From positions 288,001 to 352,000 of the forward strand of contig CAVTNB010000001.1 in the NCBI GenBank assembly GCA_963736005.1: 64,000 bases of DNA, read 5' to 3'. The notes below the pieces were generated by a model. The model saw only the letters and a list, made by a program, of their open reading frames with translations, did no database searches and had not been told where the DNA came from. This DNA comes from an uncultured Pseudomonadota bacterium. Lineage in GTDB: Bacteria > Vulcanimicrobiota > Vulcanimicrobiia > Eremiobacterales > Eremiobacteraceae. This document shows, piece by piece, positions 31,271-39,580 of this stretch (position 1 is its first letter; each line of letters starts with the position of its first letter). A program made the position numbers and the translations under genes.

Positions 31271-32418
31271 CTATTGGGTTGCCCGCTCGAACAACGCGAG
31301 GCGAACGGATTTCGAAGCGGCCTCCCACACGTTGCCATCTTTGCCGATAGCATTGGGTTTGTAGCCGACGTTCGCGCCGTAGGCGTTGATCTCGCGGACG
31401 AGGTCGCCACCGATCTCTTCCCACAGGGTCAGCACCCCATCGAAGCCGCCCTTCCAGCGTGGCTTGCCCTTGCCATTGCCTACGACCATGGACTTGAAAG
31501 CCGCAAAGATCGGCAACGATGCGGCGGCGCTGAGGCGCGTCGGCCCGTCAGCGCCGATGAACGGAAAACTGAACTTTCCGTGCTGTCGCGTCTCCATAAG
31601 GAACAGCGCTCCGCCGTGACCCTGGGTGGTGGCATTGTAGCGGTCTCGGGCTTCCATGCGGATTGTGTCATAAAGGCGCAGCGCGTCTTTGAGCAGCGGT
31701 TCCAGTCGCTCGAAGTCGTCTTGATGTTCATCGTAGTAATCAAGGCACTTCTCTTTTTGAGAGTATGCTGCAACAGGTACTCCGTCAGTACGGCGTGTGT
31801 CCAGGCAGTAAAGCAGCGCGATGATTTCGCGGATATCTACGTCGCCGGGGTCGCCTTCTTTAAAGGCGTACGGCGCTCGAGGTACGGCTCGTTCTTGAGT
31901 GCGGTCTTGATCCACTCGAAAAAGTCGCCCCGTAATTCGATGATGCTTTTCTGTTGGACCTGGATCGTTGTGTTTAGGCCCTCCGACACTTCCGGTACCA
32001 ACTCTTCGGGGACCTGAGTTTCGATGTGGACCAGCACGAAGTTGTCTGGATTCTCTTCGCGCATGTCAGAGATTATTCGCGCCGTGTGCCCGCCGTTGAG
32101 GATACCCTGTGCTTCCTCGTCGATGAGAACTTCGTAAATTCCCTTGGAAGTCAACTGTACGCGCTCGGCGACGATGGTCTCACCGAGATTTTTCAGATGG
32201 AAGGTGCGTGGGGTGCACTCTTCATTGAGCAACGATGCGCGAACTTTCTTGTCGATGTCGCGATTGAGGTTCTGCTTAGGCCTGCGCGCGTTAGCCTCAA
32301 GCGGAAGTCCGTCGGGGAAATCTGAGACGTGCACCCACATGAAGTGATGCTCAATGCCTGTATCTACGGGGTCAGGGAGACGCCGTGCATAGTCTGACTT
32401 GAATACAAAGGTTTGCAT
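31271..32418 (-). pseudogene. AIPR-family (abortive infection phage resistance) protein, frameshifted near 31850-31900
   Basis: ANARRP..N, FHLKNLGETIVA, GILNGGHT, GLNTTIQV; C-terminal half in ORF 31271-31915; ATG at 32418. Confidence 0.7.
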
Positions 32419-32619
32419 GATTTGAGGTTCCGCATCTGGCCGAGTCCAGGACCGACGTTGCGGCACGAAGATTCGTGTCCGCTGAAGAATTATAACATAC
32501 GGCAAGGCGCGCGTCCAATGCCGGATAGGATGATCTGGGACAATTTTTACGGGCTGGATACTCAATCTGTCCCACCTTTGCGGAGTACGCATCACGAGGT
32601 CTGCTTTTGCTGCTCGCGT

Positions 32620-33790
32620 CTCAGCGCTAAGCCAGCGAGGTAGCGCCTCTTCCTGTTGGGCATCCACTAGATGCGCGTACATGTTCATAGTGATGGCGAT
32701 GCTGCTATGGCTGAGGCGATCACTAACAACTTTGGGTGAATCTCTTGAGCAACATCATCGACGCACAGGCATGGCGCAAGTCGTGGAATCGCATCTTGAC
32801 GCCAGCTTACGTGTGGCTCGATTGAACTTCCAGACAGAACAGATGGCGTCCAAAAGGATGATCCTGGCGAAAGCAGCACTTGTCGCCAGCTCATTGCGCG
32901 CAATATGGGGCTCCGGCGAGGGGAATACAAGCGCGTTAAGCTGACTCCTTGCTTGCTCTCTGCGATGGACTTCGAGCGCCTCGCACGCTGTCACGTCGAG
33001 GGCAATAATCCGCGACTTCCCATTCTTCGGTCGTTTGATTATGAGTCTACCATCGTCCGTTTCACACAGACTTCGGAGATCGTTATTCGCCGTTTTTCCA
33101 GGTCAACGTTCGCTCAGCGTAAAGCTAAGAGTTCTCCTCGACGCATACCGGTTAGTGCAGCGATGAGCACGGGAATTATAGGTGGGTTTCTCGAATGGCG
33201 TGAAGGACTTTAGCGATTGTTGCCGCGTCAAGGGAAGTCGAAATTTGATGTTGCGTAGGTTTTGGTTTGCGAGCAGCAGCCGCGACGTTCCGAGACAGAA
33301 TCCCATCTGTCATCGCAAATCCTAGCATGGCATGGATCAAGGCGTGAACCTGACGGATGGTTGAAGCGGCAAGCCCGGATTTGCTCTTCTTTGTTGTCGC
33401 TACGAGCGTTCCGAAGCAGCGTGTAGAGGCTAGTCAGATGGGACGGCTTTAAGTCTTGAAGTCGGACACCACCAATATTGGGCTTGATCTGTTGACAGCG
33501 CGCCAAACTTGTTATACCGCTAAAGCGCTGGTTACGGCGACATCGGCATGGCGGTCCAAGTAATTGAGTGAAGATAGGTAGTAACCGAAACGTCACTGCG
33601 TTCTAATAGTTTGCCTTCGTATTTTGCTGCCAACATCTTTGGCGAGTTCGCGCTGCGGCTTCAGTCTTTGTTTTAACGGTCTTATATATTCGCCGGCGAG
33701 AGCCGTCCGGCTTGCGCCTGTCGCTTACGCACTATCTGCCAGGAACCATCCGGCCGCTGCCGCAATGCACCTGAACCGCTTCTATTTTCC
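32620..33790 (-). pseudogene. Tyrosine recombinase/integrase with several frameshifts and an internal stop
   Basis: LRQRPDGSWQ N-terminus, IKPNIGGVRLQDLKPSHL, TGMRRGELLALR* (TGA at 33114), RFHDLRHACAS, HPKVVSDRLSHSSIAITMNMYAH across frames. Confidence 0.88.
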
Positions 33791-34381
33791 TCGCTCTCTC
33801 GACGTAAGCATGACTCTATCTCCTATCTCTCCTGATAGCGTTTCTTTCGCATCGTGCGATGTGCTGCGTAGGAGACGCATAAGTGCGCAGAAGGTCCCAC
33901 TCCCTAGTCGACTCGTTGTAGCGCTACCGTCTGGATATGTATCGATCCAATGAGCGGGTTTTTCGAGAAAACTTAGATAGGCAGCGAGATCATCAAGAAT
34001 CTCGTCTTTCTTCGTAGTCCCGACACCGACCCAAGCATCGGGTTTAGCCCTCACGTGTTCCGCATATTTGACTGCGATGGCTCGTGCTTGACCGGCTTCA
34101 AGAAATGTCTTGCTATCTTCACCGAATAACCCGAATAGCGGCGCCCACTCAGCGCCGGCAAGCAAAAGCCGCACGGCCAATTCTCGCGCTGAATCCTTGG
34201 GCATCTGCCAACCTTTGGACTTAATACTACGCTCGATCCATCTCGCGTTTGTTTCCGGAAGGCCCCTGGGCTTCAGAAGGTCGGCTCTTCGCTTACCGGC
34301 CTCGCGCATCGCGTTCTCAAAGCCTTTTCTAAACGCGGCCGTCGCCTGTCGCGATAATCTCTCACTCTTTGGACGTGCCAT
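33782..34381 (-). CDS. Putative element regulator (repressor position), hypothetical protein
   Basis: Intact ORF upstream of the integrase and divergent from xis; basic helical N-terminus. Confidence 0.45.
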   Translation of the reverse strand: MARPKSERLSRQATAAFRKGFENAMREAGKRRADLLKPRGLPETNARWIERSIKSKGWQMPKDSARELAVRLLLAGAEWAPLFGLFGEDSKTFLEAGQARAIAVKYAEHVRAKPDAWVGVGTTKKDEILDDLAAYLSFLEKPAHWIDTYPDGSATTSRLGSGTFCALMRLLRSTSHDAKETLSGEIGDRVMLTSRERGK

Positions 34382-34491
34382 TACGTATGCTCCGACATAA
34401 ACCCACAAAAACTTCTGCATAAAGGCCAGCGGAATCCTTCGCCTACACTCGGAAAAGAAAGGCTGATATCACCTTATAGCGGAGGTAATTG

Positions 34492-34665
34492 ATGAAGGTT
34501 CTAACGGCGCGTGAAGCAGCGCAGGAGGCCCGGGTCCACTATGAGTCGCTCCTTGATGCGTGCAAGCGCGGGCAGGTGCCCCATATCCGGATAGGGGCTC
34601 GCGTGTTGATCCCAGCCGATTTCCTTGAGACTATGAAACGCCCTACACGAGCATCAAAGCGCTAA
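34492..34665 (+). CDS. Excisionase / HTH_17 DNA-binding protein (57 aa)
   Basis: GGAGG RBS; MKVLTAREAAQEARVHYESLLDACKRGQVPHIRIGARVLIP matches the Xis winged-helix pattern; absent from the ORF track. Confidence 0.8.
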   Translation: MKVLTAREAAQEARVHYESLLDACKRGQVPHIRIGARVLIPADFLETMKRPTRASKR

Positions 34666-34893
34666 TGGCGGCGCCAATGGCGGCAAGTCTCAAGTTTCAT
34701 CTGGTCGCCGCCCACGAGTCAGGGGTTCAGAGTAAAAAAAGCACCGGACTGCGAGTCCGGCTGGGAAGAATCACCTTCCCGTGCGCTCGTTAGGCTAGTT
34801 GCGACTGTCTAAGCCCGAGGGTGACTGGCTTCCAAAGGGGACGCGCTTCCTGCGCTTGCCTGTGGAAGCGATATCGTTACCCTATCGGCGAAA

Positions 34894-35538
34894 ATGCGGG
34901 TATTGATGGCTCTGAGCCTTCATGCCGATCGGGTTGGGTGGTGTAACCCTACGCTGCCAACTCTGGCTAGTGCGGCTCAAATTGAGGTGAGGCATTGTCG
35001 GGAAGCGTTAATTGAGTTATCCGCCAAGGGTTGGGTAACCATCACCGGTTCAAAAGGCATACGGAATGAATACCAGTTACACATGCCACCCCGCACGACA
35101 GGCGTGCAGGGTGACCATGCACTAACCTCGCCAGCGGCCTGCACCGACAAGGCTGTTGACCTACCACGATCAGAGACCGAAGTATGCACGGCTGCCGTGC
35201 AGCAAACAAACCAAACAAATAATTTAAACAAACCAAACACCACAGTTGGAGCACCCTTATCAGCGGAGAATCAAGACCTTGTGCACGCCGTTATTAGTTC
35301 CGTGAGGGGCGCTGACTATGGCTTTGTATCGCGTCTAATCAACGCCGTCAGCCGGGACATGATTTGGCAGCAGTTGGGATATTGGGCGCATCGCCGAAAG
35401 GATCATATCCGAGATCACCCAGGCTTCTTCCGGACGATGTGCGTGATCAAGGCCGGTCCGCCAAGTGGTTCTGCTTCGCCTCGCACCCACTCGGGAACAA
35501 CTGGACTGCGACGCTTAGGCGACATCGTACGTCGTTAG
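34894..35538 (+). CDS. Putative replication initiator with N-terminal winged HTH (true start may be upstream)
   Basis: GWCNPTLPTLA...CREALIELSAKGWV wHTH pattern, Asn/Thr-rich linker, position downstream of xis. Confidence 0.6.
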   Translation: MRVLMALSLHADRVGWCNPTLPTLASAAQIEVRHCREALIELSAKGWVTITGSKGIRNEYQLHMPPRTTGVQGDHALTSPAACTDKAVDLPRSETEVCTAAVQQTNQTNNLNKPNTTVGAPLSAENQDLVHAVISSVRGADYGFVSRLINAVSRDMIWQQLGYWAHRRKDHIRDHPGFFRTMCVIKAGPPSGSASPRTHSGTTGLRRLGDIVRR

Positions 35539-35745
35539 GGCTCAGCCGAGAATCGGACAAATCGGACACTATATAAAAGGGCATGAATGACGTTGTTAGC
35601 GAGCCAGGATAGAGCGGCCGATGAGCGGACACTCGTGGAGCGCTCAAAAATCCGACGTATCCGACACTATAAAAAAGACTCGTGGGCCGCCCTCAAGGCT
35701 CATCGGCGTGACCCACCGCGTCGCATGGTTCATCGTGCGCCCTGA

Positions 35746-36309
35746 TCATGGTTTAGTATCCAGTTGGAACCAATCCCGGCTGTCATTGTTGCGCCATATT
35801 TTAAGATGCTGCTCCCAACTGACTCCATCGTCTGAAGTGAAGTCTACGCGGTAGTCCCCTTCAAGTAGTTTACTGCCAGACGCAAAACCACCGGGAGAGC
35901 CTACGCTCCAACGCCCACGGGCATTTTTTTTGCCTTGCTTGTTCTCAACTTCGTAGTACCGCTCAGATGTTTTCTTGGACTTCCAGGGGCTAATAAACCA
36001 AGAACCACCGGAAGCCGTTTGTTCGCTAAAGCGGATCATCAGGTGGACATGATCCTCGCCTTCCGGCACATCGCCCATGACCGCGGCCAAATAAGCACGA
36101 CCGCGCGGCCAAACACGCCACGCAAGAACAAGACCACAAATTATAAGGGCTACCGCGATAAAAAGTCTCTCGACAGGAACTCCCGCTATTAGCAAACCGG
36201 CTGAACCAATAAATGCAGTTAGAACCGCAGACGCTCCAAACTTTCGCAATGATCGGGACCACCAGAACACCTGAAACATGACGATGGCGTCACTCTCGTG
36301 CTTCTGCAT
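35746..36309 (-). CDS. Hypothetical membrane protein (2 N-terminal TM helices)
   Basis: 187-aa ORF near the right end of the element. Confidence 0.5.
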   Translation of the reverse strand: MQKHESDAIVMFQVFWWSRSLRKFGASAVLTAFIGSAGLLIAGVPVERLFIAVALIICGLVLAWRVWPRGRAYLAAVMGDVPEGEDHVHLMIRFSEQTASGGSWFISPWKSKKTSERYYEVENKQGKKNARGRWSVGSPGGFASGSKLLEGDYRVDFTSDDGVSWEQHLKIWRNNDSRDWFQLDTKP

Positions 36310-36553
36310 GGAAGCAAATGCTTCGACAAGCGATAGAAATTATGCCGAAGCCAGAGCGCTGCTCACCGCCTGCGAGTTTGGCCCTTATAATGGCATTTGG
36401 CGCCGCCAACTTTGCCGCCACGTTTGCTCCTAACTTCGTCCTACCAAGCCGTAATGGAGCCGATAAAGACGCCAGACAATAGGCGCGCGCCCAGAACGGA
36501 TGGGATTTCTTCCGATGGGTTCCCACGAGCGCCGAGGCGAGGGTAGTTTTCTG

Positions 36554-36591
36554 AAGTCCGGCGCGTCTGCCAATTCCGCCACATGCCCATG
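36554..36591. repeat. att core, right copy; displaced 5' half of tRNA-Leu
   Basis: Identical to 28920-28957; identity breaks within the anticodon loop. Confidence 0.92.
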
Positions 36592-36725
36592 GTAAGATAT
36601 CGATCATCTTCGAAGTTAGATGCCTCAGCTCATGGCGGGTGGCCGCGGGTTTGAGGCTCGCTTCGAAGATGGGCGGTACTTTCTCGCTGTGTTTTGAGAA
36701 CACTAAGAACCAGCCCTGTGGTGGG

Positions 36726-37190
36726 CTAGCCGTTTGGTTGTTTCCGCACCTGAAGCAAGTTGCGCACCGAGCCGTCGGGTGACGTCAAGCGTGCGAGTAG
36801 ATCTGCCGAGTGCCACTCATCGTCGCTGTCGACCACTCCGTGAAGCAGTAGTGTATCGCCGACTGCATCGACCCAGATGGGGCGTTGCGAGAGAATGGGA
36901 TCTCCAGCAAGGGCATCGCGTAGTTTTTCAGTTGGAGGAAGCGTGATGGAAAGCGGTCCAGTGATTTGTCGAACGGCATCTGCGGCGAACTTCCCCGCGG
37001 CGCCTGCGGCCGTGGCAACGGCTCGCGCAGCTTTGCCTCCTTCGCGCGTTGCAATATCTTGAAGGGTTGAGATATTGTGAACTGCTCGACGGGTAAGCTC
37101 ACGCCGCGCAGGTTTGGGCGCAAGATAATATCCAGAAACAAGTCCGAGAGCTGCAGCGCCGATTAGACCCCAAGTGTGTCGTGACGTCAT
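36726..37190 (-). CDS. BON-domain membrane-associated protein
   Basis: N-terminal TM; LRDALAGDP..IWVDAVGDTLLLHGVV..VRNLLQV BON pattern. Confidence 0.7.
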   Translation of the reverse strand: MTSRHTWGLIGAAALGLVSGYYLAPKPARRELTRRAVHNISTLQDIATREGGKAARAVATAAGAAGKFAADAVRQITGPLSITLPPTEKLRDALAGDPILSQRPIWVDAVGDTLLLHGVVDSDDEWHSADLLARLTSPDGSVRNLLQVRKQPNG

Positions 37191-37224
37191 GTGGAGCGCC
37201 GCCCTTCTATTTGGATGTACGCTG

Positions 37225-37296
37225 TGCGTCGTGAGGGACTTGAACCCACAACCAACGGATTAAGAGTCCGCTGCTCTACCATTGAGCTAACGACGC
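37225..37296 (-). tRNA. tRNA-Lys(CTT)
   Basis: Cloverleaf, loop CT-CTT-AA, GTTCAA. Confidence 0.92.
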
Positions 37297-37339
37297 TTGC
37301 CCTATTTTTTACGGGCTTCTTCTCGCGCACACCTCCACG

Positions 37340-39463
37340 TCAGAGTTGGCTCTCGAAGAAGGTTAGCATTTGCGTCGTATCCGCGACCTGCTGATCGAAC
37401 GAATCCCCGATACCATGGCCTTGTCCGGATTTCTGCCACAAGAGGATTGGATAATCCGAGGACGAGGCGGCTTGCAGCATGGCGATCATCTTGCGCGATT
37501 CACGCGGCGCCACACGTGGGTCATTCTCGCCCGTTTTCATCAAAATGGCGGGATAGGCAACACCCTTCGTCACGTGATAGTAGGGTGAGTAGGCGTAGAC
37601 CCACGGGAATTGCTTGGGATCTCGCGGATCGCCGAACTCCGGAATGTTGAAGGCGCCGTTCGGGGTGAGCACCTCTCGAAACTCGCTGTAGAACCCCACA
37701 TCTGAGTCGACAGCGCGATAGAGACCAGGGTTTCTCGTGAGCGCGAGACCCATCAGATAACCACCGGCGCTCCCGCCCGTGATGCCGAGATGCTGCGCGT
37801 CGCCATATCCATTGTGGCCAAGCCATCCTGCGCATGCCGCCAGATCATCCGCGCGTTTGTAAACGGTTGCACGAACGGCAGCGGTGTGCCACGCTTCGCC
37901 GTACTCGCCGCCGCCTCGAATCATCGCCTGCGCGAACACGCCGCCGCGTTCCAGCCACGCGAGGAGCGGTCCGATAAAGAACGGCGACGAGACGATCCCA
38001 TACGAGCCGTACGCCGTCATAATCGTGGGAGTGACCGGACCCAACTGGGTGCTGCGCAGCGCCACGATCTCCAACGGAATCTTGGCTGTGCCATCAAGCG
38101 AGGGCACGAAGACCCGGCGTACGGTTACTTTGGAATAGTCGCCCGGAACCTTGTCTTCAATGCCGGTGGTGAGCAACCGATTGGTCGAGCGATCGTAGCG
38201 CAGCCATCGCCCGGGCGTGTCGTAGGCCGAATACCTGATGATGATGTCGCCGCCCGATGCGTCTGCCGCGACCCCGTCAAGCCTTGAAAGACCCGGCAGC
38301 GGCATTGTTGCCGTGCGCATTCCGTTCGTCGCGAAATATCGGGCGACGGAATCACCTCCATCGATCTCGCCCGTGATGAAGCCACCCGGGGCCGCGGCAA
38401 TGTCGTCAATGGCATTTGCTCCGGCGCGCACGATAACGGAACCCGTGGCAAATGTCTTGCCCGGGGGGATGCGCAAAATGTCTCCCGTTGAATGGTGCTT
38501 GGTCGAGACGACCAGGAGGTTGCCGTCGACGAAGGTGGCGCGCTGGCCTAACTCGCAGCAGTTAATTGCGTCGCTCGGATCGGCGACCTTCGTAAACGAT
38601 CCGTCGCCGTACCTGACGTACGCGCTTGCAAAAACGCCATCACCCGCGTCGACAAACAGCGCATCGCCGTTGCCGTTGGTTGCTTGTGCGACGTAGTATT
38701 CGACGTTGGCGGGTTGTCCATTTCCGAACGCGTATGTGTCGTTCGAAGGATCGGTGCCGAGCACGTGGTGATAGAGTTTGATGTTGAAGTGACGCGAATC
38801 TGGCGTGCCAGTGAGAGGAAAGCGCGTGTGGATGAAACCTCTGCCGTCCTTGTCCCAGATGACTGCGGTTGGCGTCGTACCGCCGCCGGCGTGTGGGATG
38901 ACATCGGGCAAGAGACGTCCGCTGGCTACGTCCAGGATCCGCAAGGTCTCTTCTTCTGCCCCAGCTTCTTGAGTTGTGAATGCGACTCGGGAGCCGTCCA
39001 GCGAGACAAATACAGACTCGATTGATGGTGCGGTCTGCCCCTTCGGCACAAAGGTATTCGGATTGAAAAGCACGCGCTCGGTGCCATGCAGACTATCACG
39101 GGTGACGAGTTCGTCTTGTGCCTCAGGTGGCGTCCCCCGAAAATAGATGTAGTGGCCGTTACGAATCGTCAAACCGTAACGATAGGTCCCGGTCTTCGAG
39201 AGGGCGCGGACGCGACTGCTGTACCAGCCGTACAATGGTTGCGATTCGAGGTACTGCTTGGCTATCGCAGTTTGCGCAGCTGCCCACGTGATGACTTTCG
39301 GAGAATGGTCATCTTCAAGCCAGCGATACGGGTCGACAACTTTCGTGCCAAAATAATTCTCGACGACAAGAGTGACCGGGGTCGCGGGATAGTGCAGCAC
39401 GTGAGGTGCAGCAGCAATCATTCCTATCGCGACAATCGGGGCGAGTATCCGCGTCAAGCGCAT
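37340..39463 (-). CDS. Secreted prolyl oligopeptidase (S9A)
   Basis: DPYRWLED, RGGGEYG, GGSAGG nucleophile, DPRV, GHG; signal peptide. Confidence 0.92.
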   Translation of the reverse strand: MRLTRILAPIVAIGMIAAAPHVLHYPATPVTLVVENYFGTKVVDPYRWLEDDHSPKVITWAAAQTAIAKQYLESQPLYGWYSSRVRALSKTGTYRYGLTIRNGHYIYFRGTPPEAQDELVTRDSLHGTERVLFNPNTFVPKGQTAPSIESVFVSLDGSRVAFTTQEAGAEEETLRILDVASGRLLPDVIPHAGGGTTPTAVIWDKDGRGFIHTRFPLTGTPDSRHFNIKLYHHVLGTDPSNDTYAFGNGQPANVEYYVAQATNGNGDALFVDAGDGVFASAYVRYGDGSFTKVADPSDAINCCELGQRATFVDGNLLVVSTKHHSTGDILRIPPGKTFATGSVIVRAGANAIDDIAAAPGGFITGEIDGGDSVARYFATNGMRTATMPLPGLSRLDGVAADASGGDIIIRYSAYDTPGRWLRYDRSTNRLLTTGIEDKVPGDYSKVTVRRVFVPSLDGTAKIPLEIVALRSTQLGPVTPTIMTAYGSYGIVSSPFFIGPLLAWLERGGVFAQAMIRGGGEYGEAWHTAAVRATVYKRADDLAACAGWLGHNGYGDAQHLGITGGSAGGYLMGLALTRNPGLYRAVDSDVGFYSEFREVLTPNGAFNIPEFGDPRDPKQFPWVYAYSPYYHVTKGVAYPAILMKTGENDPRVAPRESRKMIAMLQAASSSDYPILLWQKSGQGHGIGDSFDQQVADTTQMLTFFESQL

Positions 39464-39580
39464 GTTGCTCAGCTCCTTTTAAGGTGGCCGTTCTCGTTGC
39501 CGAGGATTTCGCACAAAGTGGCACTGGCTCTTTTCACTTGACAGGCTGCCGATATAGCTCTTTGGAATATAAAAAGGTCC

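Larger units (their letters stand above)
28920..36591. mobile_element. ~7.6 kb tyrosine-integrase integrative element (satellite/IME-like) in tRNA-Leu(TAG), with defence cargo, apparently degenerate
   Basis: 38-bp flanking direct repeats, integrase remnant, xis, regulator, rep-like gene, RM/AIPR genes; visibly more AT-rich than the flanks. Confidence 0.88.
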
